DNA of 61,792 bases from Alphaproteobacteria bacterium (GCA_004356985.1 SMXQ01000037.1:1-61792), one strand, 5' to 3'. Shown: positions 25,223-35,592, counted from the stretch's first letter. Translations and numbers: made by a program. The notes: a model not told the origin generated them from the letters alone.

Positions 25223-26371
25223 ATGACTGACCCGGCCGAACAAGAATTTTTGCCCTTTCTCGATGATCAACCGGAGCCGCAAACCGGGGTTTGGCCGGCA
25301 CAGTGGATCAAGGGCGCCATCGAGCGGGGGGTGATCCTCGCCGACGAGACGGTTCGCCCCGACCAGATTCAACCCGCCAGTCTCGATTTGCGGCTCGGCA
25401 GCCACGCCTACCTGGTCCCGGCGAGTTTCATGCCTGGCCTGAGGTGGAGCGTGGAAGAAAAGCTCAGCGATTTCAGCACCGAAAAAATCGACTTGGAAGA
25501 TGGCGCGGTTCTAAAGACGGGCAAGGTGTACATCGTGCCGCTTCAAGAACACCTGCGGCTGAAAAAGCGGATGTCCGCCGCCGCCAGCCCGAAAAGCTCC
25601 ACCGGGCGGCTTGATGTCTTTGCCAGGGTGATTACCGACAACGGCTGCGAGTTCGATGCAATTCGCGAAAGATACGCAGGCCGGCTGTGGTTGGAGATCG
25701 CGCCGCGGTCGTTCGATGTAAAGGTAAGAACGGGGTCCCGTTTGGCCCAGGTGCGCATGAAGTCCGGCCGCCCGCCCTCTACCGATGCGTCGGTGAAACG
25801 GCTCCATGAAGAAGTTCGATTGGTTCACGACAAAGATGGCGAAACCAACGTCAAAGGCGGCGCCATCGCTCTTTCCGTGGACATGGTGGGCGACCCGGTC
25901 ACCGGGATTATCGGCTATAAGGCGAAACCGACCGACGCGTTCATCGATATCGACCTGGTGAACCATTACGACCGGGATGATTTCTGGCATACGGTTTACA
26001 AGCCGGACAACGGCGGCATCATTCTTCGAACCGATGAATTCCACATCCTGGCGACCAAAGAATCTTTGAATGTGCCGCCCAATTTCGCCGCCGACATGGT
26101 TGCCTACGACACCCTGGTGGGGGAATTCCGGGCCCATTATGCAGGCTTTTTCGACCCCGGATTCGGTTACGCCGAGGGCCGGCCGGTGGGCGCCAAAATC
26201 GTCCTTGAGATTCGCTCCCATGACGTGCCGTTCCTGGTCGAACATGGACAAATCGTCGGCCGTGTGGTGTACGAGCGACTGAGCATGGAGACCGATAAGC
26301 CTTACGGCGCCAGCATCGGCTCCTCGTACCAGGGCCAGGGTTTGGCTCTGGGCAAGCAATTCAAGCGCTGA
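25223..26371 (+). CDS. dcd: 2'-deoxycytidine 5'-triphosphate deaminase (long alphaproteobacterial form)
   Basis: 382 aa with QIQPASLDLRLGSHAYLVPASFMPG and the overall long-Dcd pattern. Confidence 0.75.
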   Translation: MTDPAEQEFLPFLDDQPEPQTGVWPAQWIKGAIERGVILADETVRPDQIQPASLDLRLGSHAYLVPASFMPGLRWSVEEKLSDFSTEKIDLEDGAVLKTGKVYIVPLQEHLRLKKRMSAAASPKSSTGRLDVFARVITDNGCEFDAIRERYAGRLWLEIAPRSFDVKVRTGSRLAQVRMKSGRPPSTDASVKRLHEEVRLVHDKDGETNVKGGAIALSVDMVGDPVTGIIGYKAKPTDAFIDIDLVNHYDRDDFWHTVYKPDNGGIILRTDEFHILATKESLNVPPNFAADMVAYDTLVGEFRAHYAGFFDPGFGYAEGRPVGAKIVLEIRSHDVPFLVEHGQIVGRVVYERLSMETDKPYGASIGSSYQGQGLALGKQFKR

Positions 26372-26524
26372 TCAACCCAGACTCTAATCCGCAGATTCGA
26401 TGATCCCGGGCGTTGACAGGACGCCCCGGTCTATGGATACTCACCGCTTTTTCCGCACGGGACCAAGGATTGGCGCGGGCCGGGGCAGGCAGAACCATGC
26501 GCCCGGCGGTGTAGGAGAGGATTC

Positions 26525-27703
26525 GTGATTTCCGCTGTGATGCCCACCTATGGGCGTGCCGACATCGCTTTCGAGAAGGGGGAGGGGCCTTACCTCTTTT
26601 CCACCGAGGGCGTGCGCTACCTCGATTTTACCTCGGGGATCGCCGTCAATTCCCTGGGCCATGCCCATCCCCGGCTGGTGGCGGCGCTGGGCGCGCAAGC
26701 GGAAAAGCTGTGGCACACGTCGAACATGTTCGAGATCCCCGGTCAGCAGATTCTGGCCCAGCGGCTGGTCGAAAATACTTTCGCCGACACGGTGTTTTTC
26801 TGCAATTCCGGGGCCGAGGCCATGGAATGCGGCATCAAGGTGGTGCGTTCCCACTTCGACGCGGCCGGCGATCCCGGGCGCTACCGCATCATCTGCGCCA
26901 ACCAGGCCTTCCACGGGCGCACCCTTGCCACCATCGCCGCCGGCGGACAGGATAAGTTGCTCAAGGGCTTCGCGCCCGCGGTCGACGGTTTCGATCACGT
27001 CGGCTTCGGCAATCTCAACGAGACCCGGGCGGCGATCGGCGACCAAACCGCGGCGCTCCTGATCGAACCGGTGCAGGGTGAAGGCGGGGTGCGGATCGCC
27101 CAGGAGGATTACCTCCAGGGCCTGCGCCAGATCGCCGACGAATACGGGCTGCTTCTTTTCTTCGACGAGGTGCAATGCGGCATGGGCCGGACCGGCAAGC
27201 TGTTCGCCCATGAATGGGCCGGGCTCACGCCCGATGTGATGGCGGTCGCCAAGGGCATCGGCGGCGGATTCCCGGTGGGCGCCTGCTTGACCACGGGCGA
27301 CGCGGCCTCGGGCATGGTGGCGGGCAGCCATGGCTCCACCTACGGCGGCAACCCGCTGGCCATGGCGGTGGCCAACACGGTGATGGACGTGATGCTGGAA
27401 GACGGTTTCCTCGCCCACGTCCGTGACATGGGGGCGCGGCTGCTGGGCGGCCTGGAGACGCTGGTCTGCGCCCATCCATCGATCCTGGCGGACGCCCGGG
27501 GCCGGGGCCTGATGGTCGGCCTGGTCTGCACCGGCGATCCCAAGGCGCTGATCTCCAAGCTCCGCGACAACCGCCTTTTGACCGTGCTCGCGGGCGGCAA
27601 CGTGGTGCGTCTGCTGCCGCCGCTGATCACCCAAGAGGCGCAAATCGACGAGGCGCTGGCGATCCTTGACGAGAGCTGCGCCCAATTGGGGAAAGGTCCA
27701 TGA
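26525..27703 (+). CDS. argD: Acetylornithine aminotransferase
   Basis: GTG start after an AGGAGAGG SD. Class III aminotransferase pattern (GIAVNSLGHAHP...LLFFDEVQCGMGRTG...STYGGNPLA). Directly upstream of argF. Confidence 0.85.
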   Translation: MISAVMPTYGRADIAFEKGEGPYLFSTEGVRYLDFTSGIAVNSLGHAHPRLVAALGAQAEKLWHTSNMFEIPGQQILAQRLVENTFADTVFFCNSGAEAMECGIKVVRSHFDAAGDPGRYRIICANQAFHGRTLATIAAGGQDKLLKGFAPAVDGFDHVGFGNLNETRAAIGDQTAALLIEPVQGEGGVRIAQEDYLQGLRQIADEYGLLLFFDEVQCGMGRTGKLFAHEWAGLTPDVMAVAKGIGGGFPVGACLTTGDAASGMVAGSHGSTYGGNPLAMAVANTVMDVMLEDGFLAHVRDMGARLLGGLETLVCAHPSILADARGRGLMVGLVCTGDPKALISKLRDNRLLTVLAGGNVVRLLPPLITQEAQIDEALAILDESCAQLGKGP

Positions 27704-28671
27704 CCGCGACGCCCGAAACCAGGCTGGCGCGCCAACGCGGCATGGGGCCGCGGGCGCCCAGGCATTTTCTCGACATCGACAGGTTCGAGCCCGCCCAGTT
27801 GCGCGAGATGCTCGATCTCGCCCGTGCTTATAAGCGGGGCGAAGATTCGCCGGGCGGCCAACGGCCGGGTGCCGGCAAGATGCTTGCGCTGGTGTTCGAA
27901 AAACCGTCGACCCGCACCCGGGTGTCCTTCGAGGTGGGCATGGCCCAGATGGGCGGCCGGGTCACCATCCTCGAGTCCCAGGGCTCGCAGATCGGCCGGG
28001 GTGAATCCATCGCCGATACGGCGCGGGTGCTGAGCCGCTACGTGGATGCGATCGTGTTCCGCACGCTTGCCGAGGCGAGCCTTCTGGAGATGGCGGAATA
28101 TGCTTCGGTGCCGGTGATCAACGGCCTTACCGACAAGAGCCACCCCTGCCAGATCATGGCCGATATCATGACCTTCGAGGAGATCCAGGGCCCCATAAAC
28201 GGGCGGACCGTCGCTTGGCTCGGCGACGGAAACAATGTGGTCGCGTCCTGGATCCACGGTGCGGCGCCTTTCGGCTACGCCCTGAAGATCGCCACGCCTA
28301 AGGGCTTCGCGCCCGATCCCGCGGTGGTCAAGGCGGCCCGCGACGCCGGCGCCGATATCACCCTGACCGAAGACCCCACCGAAGGGGTCGCCGGCGCCGC
28401 TTGCGTGGTCACCGACACCTGGGCCTCCATGGGCACCAATGGCGGGCCCACCCTGGAAGAACGGATCCGGGCCTTGACCCCCTACCGGGTGGATGAGTCG
28501 CTGATGGACAAGGCGGCCGGCGATGCCATCTTCATGCATTGCCTCCCCGCCAACCGCGATAATGAGGTGAGCGCCGGCGTCATCGACGGGCCGCGCTCGG
28601 CGGTCTGGGATGAAGCGGAAAACCGCTTGCATGTCCAGAAGGGTATCCTCCATTGGTGCCTCAGGCCCTAG
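27700..28671 (+). CDS. argF: Ornithine carbamoyltransferase
   Basis: Motifs STRTR, HPCQIMAD and HCLPANR. ATGA overlap with argD. Confidence 0.9.
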   Translation: MTATPETRLARQRGMGPRAPRHFLDIDRFEPAQLREMLDLARAYKRGEDSPGGQRPGAGKMLALVFEKPSTRTRVSFEVGMAQMGGRVTILESQGSQIGRGESIADTARVLSRYVDAIVFRTLAEASLLEMAEYASVPVINGLTDKSHPCQIMADIMTFEEIQGPINGRTVAWLGDGNNVVASWIHGAAPFGYALKIATPKGFAPDPAVVKAARDAGADITLTEDPTEGVAGAACVVTDTWASMGTNGGPTLEERIRALTPYRVDESLMDKAAGDAIFMHCLPANRDNEVSAGVIDGPRSAVWDEAENRLHVQKGILHWCLRP

Positions 28672-28698
28672 GGCCTTAGGGACGCGGCGGTTCCCGCC

Positions 28699-29625
28699 TT
28701 GGCACGCGGCCCCATGATCGCCACCGATCTGGTGATCCCCTACCAGGTGGAACGCGCCGGGTTGCGCGGCCGGTTGCTGCGGTTCGGCCCCTTGCTCGAC
28801 CGCATTCTCGACCGCCACCGCTATCCGCCGCCGGTCTCCGCCCTGCTCGGCGAAACCCTGGTGCTCACGGCGCTGCTGGGCAGCACGCTCAAATACCTTG
28901 GCGCCTTCACCCTGCAAGCCCATGGCGATGGGCCGGTGCGAATCGTCGTCGGCGACATGACCGCCACCGGCGAATTGCGGGCCTATGCGCAGTTCGACGC
29001 CGAAGCGGTGGCCGCCATGGAGGGCGCCACGGCGCCCATGCCGGCGCTGTTGGGCCAGGGGCATCTGGCCTTCACCGCCGACCAGGGGGCGGACGCGGAG
29101 CGCTATCAGGGGATGGTCGCGTTGGCGGGCCCCACCCTGACCGACTGCGTCCGCCATTACTTCCGCCAGTCGGAACAGATCGACGCCGCCATCAAGGTGG
29201 CGGTTAGGGCGCCCAATGGCGGCGCGGGCTGGCGCGCCGGCGCCATCATCATCCAGCGGCTGCCCGGCGAGGGGCGGCGCCCCGGCGGCGCGGACCGGGC
29301 CGAGCCCGATGAGGACGAAGAGAACTGGCGGGAAGCGGTGGCGCTCATGGCCAGCGTCAAGGAGGACGAACTCACCAACCCGCGTCTTGCCCCTGACAGG
29401 CTTCTCTACCGGCTGTTCCACCAACCCGGCGTGCGGATGTTCAAACCCCGTGGGCTGGCGGACGGATGCCGCTGTTCCCGGGACCGGGTGGCCGGCACCC
29501 TGGGCGCCTTGCCCAAGGCGGAAGTGCTGGAGATGGTGGAAGCCGGCGTTGTTTCGGTGAAATGCGAGTTCTGCGGCGCGGCCTATGAATTCGACGAACC
29601 CGCCCTGGAGGCCCTGTTCGCCTGA
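28699..29625 (+). CDS. hslO: Hsp33 family redox-regulated chaperone
   Basis: C-terminal zinc motif CRCSRDRV...CEFCGAAYEF. Start is TTG at 28699 or ATG at 28714. Confidence 0.85.
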   Translation: MARGPMIATDLVIPYQVERAGLRGRLLRFGPLLDRILDRHRYPPPVSALLGETLVLTALLGSTLKYLGAFTLQAHGDGPVRIVVGDMTATGELRAYAQFDAEAVAAMEGATAPMPALLGQGHLAFTADQGADAERYQGMVALAGPTLTDCVRHYFRQSEQIDAAIKVAVRAPNGGAGWRAGAIIIQRLPGEGRRPGGADRAEPDEDEENWREAVALMASVKEDELTNPRLAPDRLLYRLFHQPGVRMFKPRGLADGCRCSRDRVAGTLGALPKAEVLEMVEAGVVSVKCEFCGAAYEFDEPALEALFA

Positions 29626-29762
29626 AGCGAAAGCGGTGGTGGCCATAAAGGAAGAGCAGATGCCGCGCGACCTAATTTGTCTCCCATCCTTGGAACGCTT
29701 GATAAAAGCGGCCGAGGGCGGCAGAATTCCCGGCCCGTGGGTCATTCCAGAGGTCGAGCGTC

Positions 29763-30368
29763 ATGTGGATGCGCCGCTACAAGGCAATCGTCATCCTGTC
29801 CGCCGTTCTCCCCGCTTTTCTGCTCGCCGGGTGCGAGACCAGTGCGCCTTCCTCCCAGTTCCCGGAACTCACCTACCGGCATTTGGGGCCGCTCACCCTC
29901 GATGTCGCGCGGATCGAACTGGCCACCCGTTACATCCCGCCCTTGAAACCGCCCAATGTCGAACACCGCGCGCCGGTGGCGCTCTATGCCGCGATCCGCC
30001 GATGGGCCGGCCAGCGCCTCAAGGCGGCGGGGCGGCGCAACGTCGCCAACCTGATCATCCTGGACGCCTCCATTCGCGAGGTGCCGCTGCCCGTGAAGGG
30101 CGGGCTCAAGGGGCTCTTCACCTCCCAGCAATCGGCCCGCTACGACGGCCGGGCCGCCGTTCTTCTCGAAATTCGTGATGACGGGGGCCGCCAGCTTGCC
30201 TTCGTCACGGCGCGGGCCACCCGCTCGCTGACGGTGGCCGAGGGCGCCTCCATGGCGCAGCGCGAAAAGGTCTGGTTCGCCCTGACCGAAGACCTGGTGT
30301 TGGATATCAACCGGCGGTTGGAAGTCGAGGCGCGCCGGCACTTGCGCGCCTATCTTTTCGCGCGATAG
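29763..30368 (+). CDS. Lipoprotein, unknown function
   Basis: Signal peptide with the lipobox LLAG|C (MWMRRYKAIVILSAVLPAFLLAGCETS). 201 aa. Confidence 0.7.
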   Translation: MWMRRYKAIVILSAVLPAFLLAGCETSAPSSQFPELTYRHLGPLTLDVARIELATRYIPPLKPPNVEHRAPVALYAAIRRWAGQRLKAAGRRNVANLIILDASIREVPLPVKGGLKGLFTSQQSARYDGRAAVLLEIRDDGGRQLAFVTARATRSLTVAEGASMAQREKVWFALTEDLVLDINRRLEVEARRHLRAYLFAR

Positions 30369-30375
30369 TGCGCCA

Positions 30376-30419
30376 GGGCACACTCCGGCCTAATTGAACC
30401 ATTTGACCGGAAAGTGCCC
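30376..30419 (+). repeat. Stem-loop intergenic repeat, copy B
   Basis: GGGCACACTCCGG-CCT-AATTGAACCATTTGA-CCGGAAAGTGCCC is 37/44 identical to copy A by hand alignment, with one compensatory stem change. Its 3' end touches the trkH stop codon. Confidence 0.75.
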
Positions 30420-31867
30420 TAGTTCCGCCAGAATGCCGGCGTGAACAGGACCAGCACCGTGAACAGTTCCAGCCGGCCCAGCAGCATGCCGAAGGACAGC
30501 AGCCACTTGGCCGCGTCGGGCAGCGACGCATAGGTGCCCGACGGACCGATCACCGGACCCAGGCCCGGACCGACATTGGCGATGGCGCTGGCCGCCCCGG
30601 AAACGGCGGTGATGAAGTCGAGCCCCATCCAGCCCAGCCCCATGGCCAGGGCGCCGAAGGCCATGATGTAGACAAAGAAGAAACTGAGGACCGATTCCGA
30701 CGCCTCCGCGGGGATGGGCCGGCGATTGAAATGGGGGATGAAGACCCCGTGGGGCTGTATCAGCTTGCTGATCTGGGACACCGTGTTGGCGTAAAGCACT
30801 TGCAGGCGAAACACCTTCAGCCCGCAGGTGGTGGACCCGGCGCAGCCGCCGACGAACATCAGGAAGAAGAACGTCGCCACGGGAAAGGCGCCCCAGAGCC
30901 CGAAATCGGTCGAGCTGTATCCCGTCCCGGTCATGATCGAGACACCGTTGAAGGTGACGAAACGCACCGCCTCGCCGAAACGCACGCCGTTGATCAGGGT
31001 CTGCCAGACGATCATCAACGTCACCGCGGTGGCGGCGATGATCAGGAACCACCTGACCTGGCTGTCGCGGATCAGCGGCATCAGGTTGCCGCGGACCGCC
31101 TGCAGGTAAAGCACGAAGGGCAAGGAGCCGAGGATCATGAAGGCCACGGCGACCCAGTCGATGGCGGCGCTGTTGAAGGCCCCCAGCGAGCCGTCGCGGG
31201 TGGAAAAGCCGCCGGTGGCGATGGTGGTCATGGCGTGGGTTATCGCCTCGAAGCCGCTCATGCCGGCGACCCAATAAAGCGCCGCGCAGATCGCCGTCAG
31301 CGCGATGTAGAGGAGGCCGATGGCGGCCGCGACCTGGGCGATGCGGGGCAGCGCCTTTTCCGAGGGGTCCAATGATTCCATGCGGAAGAGCTGCATGCCG
31401 CCGACGCTCAACTGCGGCAGGATGGCGACGGCCATGACGATGATGCCGATTCCGCCGAACCATTGCAGCAAGGACCGCCAAAGAAGAATGCCCGGCGCCG
31501 CCCGGTCGAGATCGGTGAGCACCGTGGCGCCGGTGGTGGTGATCCCCGACATGGATTCGAACACGGCATCGGTGAAGGACAGGTTGAGATCGGCAAAGGC
31601 GAAGGGCAGGGCGCCGAAAACCGCGATCACCGTCCAACTCAGCGTGGTCAGCAGGAAGGCATGGCGGGTGGTCATCTTGGTCTCGCCGGTGCGCATGGTC
31701 AGCAACATGGCGACGCCGATGAATGCGTTCAGGCCGGCGGCACTGGCGAACACTTTCCAGTCGCTGTGGCCGGCGATGAGGTCGACTATCGCCGGGATGC
31801 ACATGCCCAGCGCCAGCGTCGTCAGCAGGATTCCGATGGTGAAGAAGACGGGGCGGAAATCAATCAT
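30419..31867 (-). CDS. trkH: TrkH family potassium uptake protein
   Basis: 482 aa polytopic membrane protein with the TrkH pattern (TGATVLT..., GGFSTRDGS..., TGTGYSSTDF...). Confidence 0.9.
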   Translation of the reverse strand: MIDFRPVFFTIGILLTTLALGMCIPAIVDLIAGHSDWKVFASAAGLNAFIGVAMLLTMRTGETKMTTRHAFLLTTLSWTVIAVFGALPFAFADLNLSFTDAVFESMSGITTTGATVLTDLDRAAPGILLWRSLLQWFGGIGIIVMAVAILPQLSVGGMQLFRMESLDPSEKALPRIAQVAAAIGLLYIALTAICAALYWVAGMSGFEAITHAMTTIATGGFSTRDGSLGAFNSAAIDWVAVAFMILGSLPFVLYLQAVRGNLMPLIRDSQVRWFLIIAATAVTLMIVWQTLINGVRFGEAVRFVTFNGVSIMTGTGYSSTDFGLWGAFPVATFFFLMFVGGCAGSTTCGLKVFRLQVLYANTVSQISKLIQPHGVFIPHFNRRPIPAEASESVLSFFFVYIMAFGALAMGLGWMGLDFITAVSGAASAIANVGPGLGPVIGPSGTYASLPDAAKWLLSFGMLLGRLELFTVLVLFTPAFWRN

Positions 31868-32130
31868 CGGGCCACCATTAGATAGCGGATTTCCTTGGTT
31901 TTCGGGCTATTGCCGCCGATAATCGGGGCGGTTTGCAAAATTAGCCCTAAAAATCATCGATTTTTCGCCAGCTATCGAGAATTCTCGTTATCCGCGCGGA
32001 TTAACGGCATATTTCGCAAATTTCACCGATTTAGGGGGCATCTTAACGAAGATTTACGGATTATTAAGCCTGGGGGCCGGGATTCCGCGGCTTGGCGGCG
32101 CTCTTCACCGGCGCGACGCCTGGCACCGGA

Positions 32131-32763
32131 TCAAGACTTGGTGCCGATCATCGCCAAGAATTCACGCCGCGTCTTCTGGTCGCTCCTGAACCCCCCCAGC
32201 ATGCAACTGGTGACCATGGTGGCGCCGGGCTTGTGGATGCCGCGGGTGGTCATGCATTGGTGCTCCGCCTCGATCACCACGGCGACGCCGCCGGGCTGCA
32301 GGATCTCGTCGATGGCGCCGGCGATCTGGGCGGTCATTTTCTCCTGGATCTGCAGTCGTTTGGCGTAGGCCTCGACCAGCCGCGCCAGCTTGGAAATGCC
32401 CACCAGCCGGGTTTTCGGAAGATAGGCGATATGGGCGATGCCGATGATGGGCAACAGGTGATGTTCGCAATGGGATTCGAAGCGGATGTCCTTGAGCACC
32501 ACCATCTCGTCGTAGCCTTCGATCTCTTCGAAGGTGCGGGCGAGGATCTCGTGAGGGTCCTCGTCATAGCCCCGGAAGAACTCTTGCCAGGCACGGACCA
32601 CCCGGTCCGGCGTCCCTAACAACCCCTCGCGGGCAGGATCGTCGCCGGCCCACCGGATCAGGGTGCGGACGGCGTCTTCCGCCTCGGCGTGGCTCGGCCG
32701 TTCAGGGGGCCGACCGCCTTGATCCCCGACGCGGTCGAGTTCGACGGGATAGGATGCTTTCAT
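32131..32763 (-). CDS. folE: GTP cyclohydrolase I
   Basis: Motif [14 protein letters not shown] plus HQCMTTRG. 210 aa. Confidence 0.9.
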   Translation of the reverse strand: MKASYPVELDRVGDQGGRPPERPSHAEAEDAVRTLIRWAGDDPAREGLLGTPDRVVRAWQEFFRGYDEDPHEILARTFEEIEGYDEMVVLKDIRFESHCEHHLLPIIGIAHIAYLPKTRLVGISKLARLVEAYAKRLQIQEKMTAQIAGAIDEILQPGGVAVVIEAEHQCMTTRGIHKPGATMVTSCMLGGFRSDQKTRREFLAMIGTKS

Positions 32764-32900
32764 GGCTTCTCCTTACCGTTTTCCAACGGGTGTGCCCCAC
32801 CGCGAGGCGCCAGCATAGGGTTGCCGGCCTTGATGTTTCACCTTGGCATGGCGGGGTTTGATTGAACAGCAAAACCGGGAAATGCTCTCGGCGCCGATGA

Positions 32901-33293
32901 TCAGTGCACCTGCGGTCGATCCTCCGGTGAATCGAGGGAAAATGCCGGGATATCGATCTCCAGGGGCCGGCCGTCGCGGGTTTCCATGTAATAGCATCCC
33001 ACCATGATCCCCGATGGGGTGGAGAGCGGCGTGCCCGAGGAATATTCGTAGCGTTCCCCGGGGTGGATGATCGGCTGTTCGCCGATCACGCCTTCGCCCC
33101 GGACTTCTTGGGTGCGCCCGAGGGAATCGGTGATCTTCCAATAGCGGCTCATCAACTGCACGGTTTCCATGCCCTGGTTTTCGATGGTGACATGGTAGGC
33201 CCAAATGTAGCGGTTCCTGCGCGGCCGCGATTCGTCGTGGAGATAGGTCGGCTCGACGGTGACCATGATCGAATGAGTCGTCGTCGTGTACAT
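32901..33293 (-). CDS. apaG: ApaG protein
   Basis: Start [15 protein letters not shown]. ApaG pattern is [13 protein letters not shown]...RYWKITD...GEGVIGEQP...GERYEYSSG. Confidence 0.9.
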   Translation of the reverse strand: MYTTTTHSIMVTVEPTYLHDESRPRRNRYIWAYHVTIENQGMETVQLMSRYWKITDSLGRTQEVRGEGVIGEQPIIHPGERYEYSSGTPLSTPSGIMVGCYYMETRDGRPLEIDIPAFSLDSPEDRPQVH

Positions 33294-33337
33294 GGGCGTC
33301 CTCCAGGCAGGGTTTTTCCCCGGCGTTCGATGGCATC

Positions 33338-33420
33338 GGCATTTTACCGCACTATGGACCAGAATTGAACCATTCGACCGGGATGATCTCGCGCCCCGCC
33401 ATGGTCGAGGCATTTTCCGC
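33338..33420 (+). repeat. Intergenic repeat, rearranged copy C
   Basis: Core AATTGAACCATTCGA at 33363-33377, with GGCATTTTACCG at 33338 and GGCATTTTCCGC at 33409. A weaker partial copy, ATTGAAC-N7-CCGGGAAATGC, lies at 32861-32885. Confidence 0.55.
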
Positions 33421-33429
33421 GCCTTTCGA

Positions 33430-34632
33430 TCAGGCCCCGGCCGTGACCAGGGCCTGGTCGATGTCGTCCATCACGTCGGCCGGATCCTCGAGCCCCACCG
33501 AAATGCGGACATAACCCGGCGTGATGCCGAGCGCGGCGCGGTCGTCTTCGCTCAGGCTTCGGTGGGTGGTGGTCGCCGGATGGGTGACGATGGACTTGGC
33601 GTCGCCCAGGTTGTTCGAAATGTCGATCAGCCGCAGCGCATTGAGGAATTTGAAGGCGCTTTCCTTGCCGCCCGGCACCTCGAAGCCGATCAGCGTGCCG
33701 GCGCCGCTCATCTGTTTTTCCACCAGCGCCCGTTGAGGATGATCGCTAAAACCGGGATAGATCACCCGGGCAAGGTCGGCGCGGGCCGCCATCCAGTCAG
33801 CGATTTCGCCGGCATTGTCGCACATGGCCTTGACCCGGATGCCGAGGGTCTCCAGCCCCTTCAGCAGGGTCCAGGCGTTGAAGGGGCTGAGCGCGGGTCC
33901 GGTGTGGCGCAGGAAGGGGGCCAAGTGGTCCTCCATGTATTCGGGATCGCCCAGGATCGCCCCGCCCATGACCCGGCCCTGGCCGTCGATATGCTTGGTC
34001 GCCGAATAGACCACTACGTCGGCGCCGAATGCCATGGGCTTCTGCAACATCGGCGAGGCAAAGACATTGTCCACCACCATTCGTCCGCCCGCCTTATGGG
34101 TGAGGTCGGCAACCGCCTCGAGGTCGATCATTTCCAGCCCCGGATTGGAGGGGGTTTCTAAGAACACCGCCCGGGTGGGCCGGGACAATGCTTGGCGCCA
34201 TTGGTCGAGATCGGTGCCGTCGACGATCTCCACCGCGATTCCGTAGCGGGGCAGGATTTCCGAAACCACGAACAGGCATGAGCCGAATAGCGCGCGGGAG
34301 CTCACCACGTGGTCGCCGGCATGGAGCATGCACATCAGCGAAGCGAAGACCGCCGCCATGCCGGTCGCCGTCGCGCGGCAGGTCTCGTTGCCCTCCAGCA
34401 GCGCCATGCGCTGCTCGAACATGGTGACGGTGGGATTGGAGAAACGGGAATAGATGTATTTGTCGTTCTCCCCCTTGAATGCCGCTTCGGCCTCCTCGGC
34501 GGAAAGGTAAATATAGCCCGAGGTGGCAAATATCGCCTCGCAGGTTTCCTGGAAGTCGGACCGGTTGGTTCCGCCGCGGACGAGATTGGTCCTTGGCCGC
34601 AATCCATTGGCTCCCTTGGCGTCGTCGGTCAT
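33430..34632 (-). CDS. metZ: O-succinylhomoserine sulfhydrylase
   Basis: 400 aa Cys/Met-metabolism PLP enzyme with [14 protein letters not shown]...YSRFSNPTV...[10 protein letters not shown], the MetZ-type N-terminus. Confidence 0.85.
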   Translation of the reverse strand: MTDDAKGANGLRPRTNLVRGGTNRSDFQETCEAIFATSGYIYLSAEEAEAAFKGENDKYIYSRFSNPTVTMFEQRMALLEGNETCRATATGMAAVFASLMCMLHAGDHVVSSRALFGSCLFVVSEILPRYGIAVEIVDGTDLDQWRQALSRPTRAVFLETPSNPGLEMIDLEAVADLTHKAGGRMVVDNVFASPMLQKPMAFGADVVVYSATKHIDGQGRVMGGAILGDPEYMEDHLAPFLRHTGPALSPFNAWTLLKGLETLGIRVKAMCDNAGEIADWMAARADLARVIYPGFSDHPQRALVEKQMSGAGTLIGFEVPGGKESAFKFLNALRLIDISNNLGDAKSIVTHPATTTHRSLSEDDRAALGITPGYVRISVGLEDPADVMDDIDQALVTAGA

Positions 34633-34658
34633 GGTGTGCTCCTCCGCGACAGGGCATC

Positions 34659-34683
34659 AAAAAACCCCGGCCGCAGGCCAGGG
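34659..34683 (-). terminator. Intrinsic terminator/attenuator hairpin in the metZ leader
   Basis: The RNA CCCUGGCC-UGC-GGCCGGGG is followed by UUUUUU. It lies about 25 nt upstream of the metZ GGAGGAG SD. Confidence 0.65.
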
Positions 34684-34694
34684 CTTGGTTCAAG

Positions 34695-34760
34695 CACCCG
34701 GCCTTTTAGCGATTTGTTTTACGTGGACGCAAGCCGACCGGCACAAATTTCCACGAACCT
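34695..34760 (-). promoter_or_regulatory. SAM-II-like riboswitch aptamer (metZ leader)
   Basis: The RNA reads CGUGGAAAUUUGUGCCGGUCGGCUUGCGUCCACGUAAAACAAAUCGCUAAAAGGCCGG. The GGCUUGC and UCGCUAAAAG blocks and the AUUUG/CAAAU pairing match my memory of the alphaproteobacterial metA/SAM-II motif. Not verified by a covariance model. Confidence 0.55.
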
Positions 34761-34822
34761 GGGGTTCTTACTCCCATCGTATGTGTGCCGTCAAGCGATG
34801 GCGGGGAATGGAGGGGGCAGGG

Positions 34823-35287
34823 TTATCCCGCGTTGGCGCCGTCACGAAGCGCCAAGTCGGCAACCAAGCCGACCACCGGCGCCCGTTTGGCCAAGGTGTC
34901 TTCGACCAGGTCGGCGAGGGTATAATGGGACAGCGATTCGATGAACCGGGTGCGGGCGTCTTCCAAGGCCTGTTCTAAAAGCTTGCCGCTTTCGGCGGGC
35001 CGGTCCGCTTGCCGTCCGTCCACCGCCCCAAGATTGCGCTCGACTTGCTGAAGAAGGTGGCCGAGGTTGACGCCGCCGGCCGGTTTGGCCAGGGCGATTC
35101 CGCCGCCCTTGCCCCGGTAACCGACGATATAACCGAGCCGCGCCAAATGTTGGGAGACCTTCATCAGGTGGTTGCGGGATATGTTTTCCGCATCCGCGAT
35201 GTTGGCGATGGAAACCTTCCTGCCGGGCTGGACAGCCAAATGCAGCAAGACGCGAATGGCGTAATCGGCGTGTTTGCTCAATTTCAT
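34823..35287 (-). CDS. Rrf2 family transcriptional regulator (no Cys cluster ligands)
   Basis: Contains MKLSKHADYAIRVLLHLA...ISRNHLMKVSQHLARLGYIVGYRGKGGG. The protein has no cysteines. Confidence 0.85.
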   Translation of the reverse strand: MKLSKHADYAIRVLLHLAVQPGRKVSIANIADAENISRNHLMKVSQHLARLGYIVGYRGKGGGIALAKPAGGVNLGHLLQQVERNLGAVDGRQADRPAESGKLLEQALEDARTRFIESLSHYTLADLVEDTLAKRAPVVGLVADLALRDGANAG

Positions 35288-35518
35288 TTACTCTTGCTCC
35301 AGGTTCAAGGTACTAGACTGATTGCTTTTCCCCGATCGCGTATCAGCAAGAATTCTTAGCGTTGATAAGAAACCTCTTTGCCGCTCGCGTCTACTTTATA
35401 TTGCGGTCACGGTTAATCAACTCTTAACGCCGCGGCCCGGGTTATCGACCTCCGCGCCATGCTTTCGCTTGATGGCAGGGGGGTGAAACCGTTAGAACAG
35501 GGCCGGGCGGTCACATCA

Positions 35519-35592
35519 GCGGGTGTAGTTCAATGGCAGAACATCAGCTTCCCAAGCTGAATACGTGGGTTCGATTCCCATCACCCGCTCCA
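35519..35592 (+). tRNA. tRNA-Gly (anticodon CCC)
   Basis: Cloverleaf drawn by hand: acceptor GCGGGTG/CACCCGC, anticodon stem TCAGC/GCTGA with loop TTCCCAA, T-loop GGTTCGATTCC, and an encoded CCA. Confidence 0.9.

Noticed and set aside
31976-31987. Perfect 12-bp palindrome CGAGAATTCTCG upstream of trkH
   Set aside because: On the order of a dozen 12-bp perfect palindromes are expected by chance in 62 kb, and there is no second copy or flanking symmetry.
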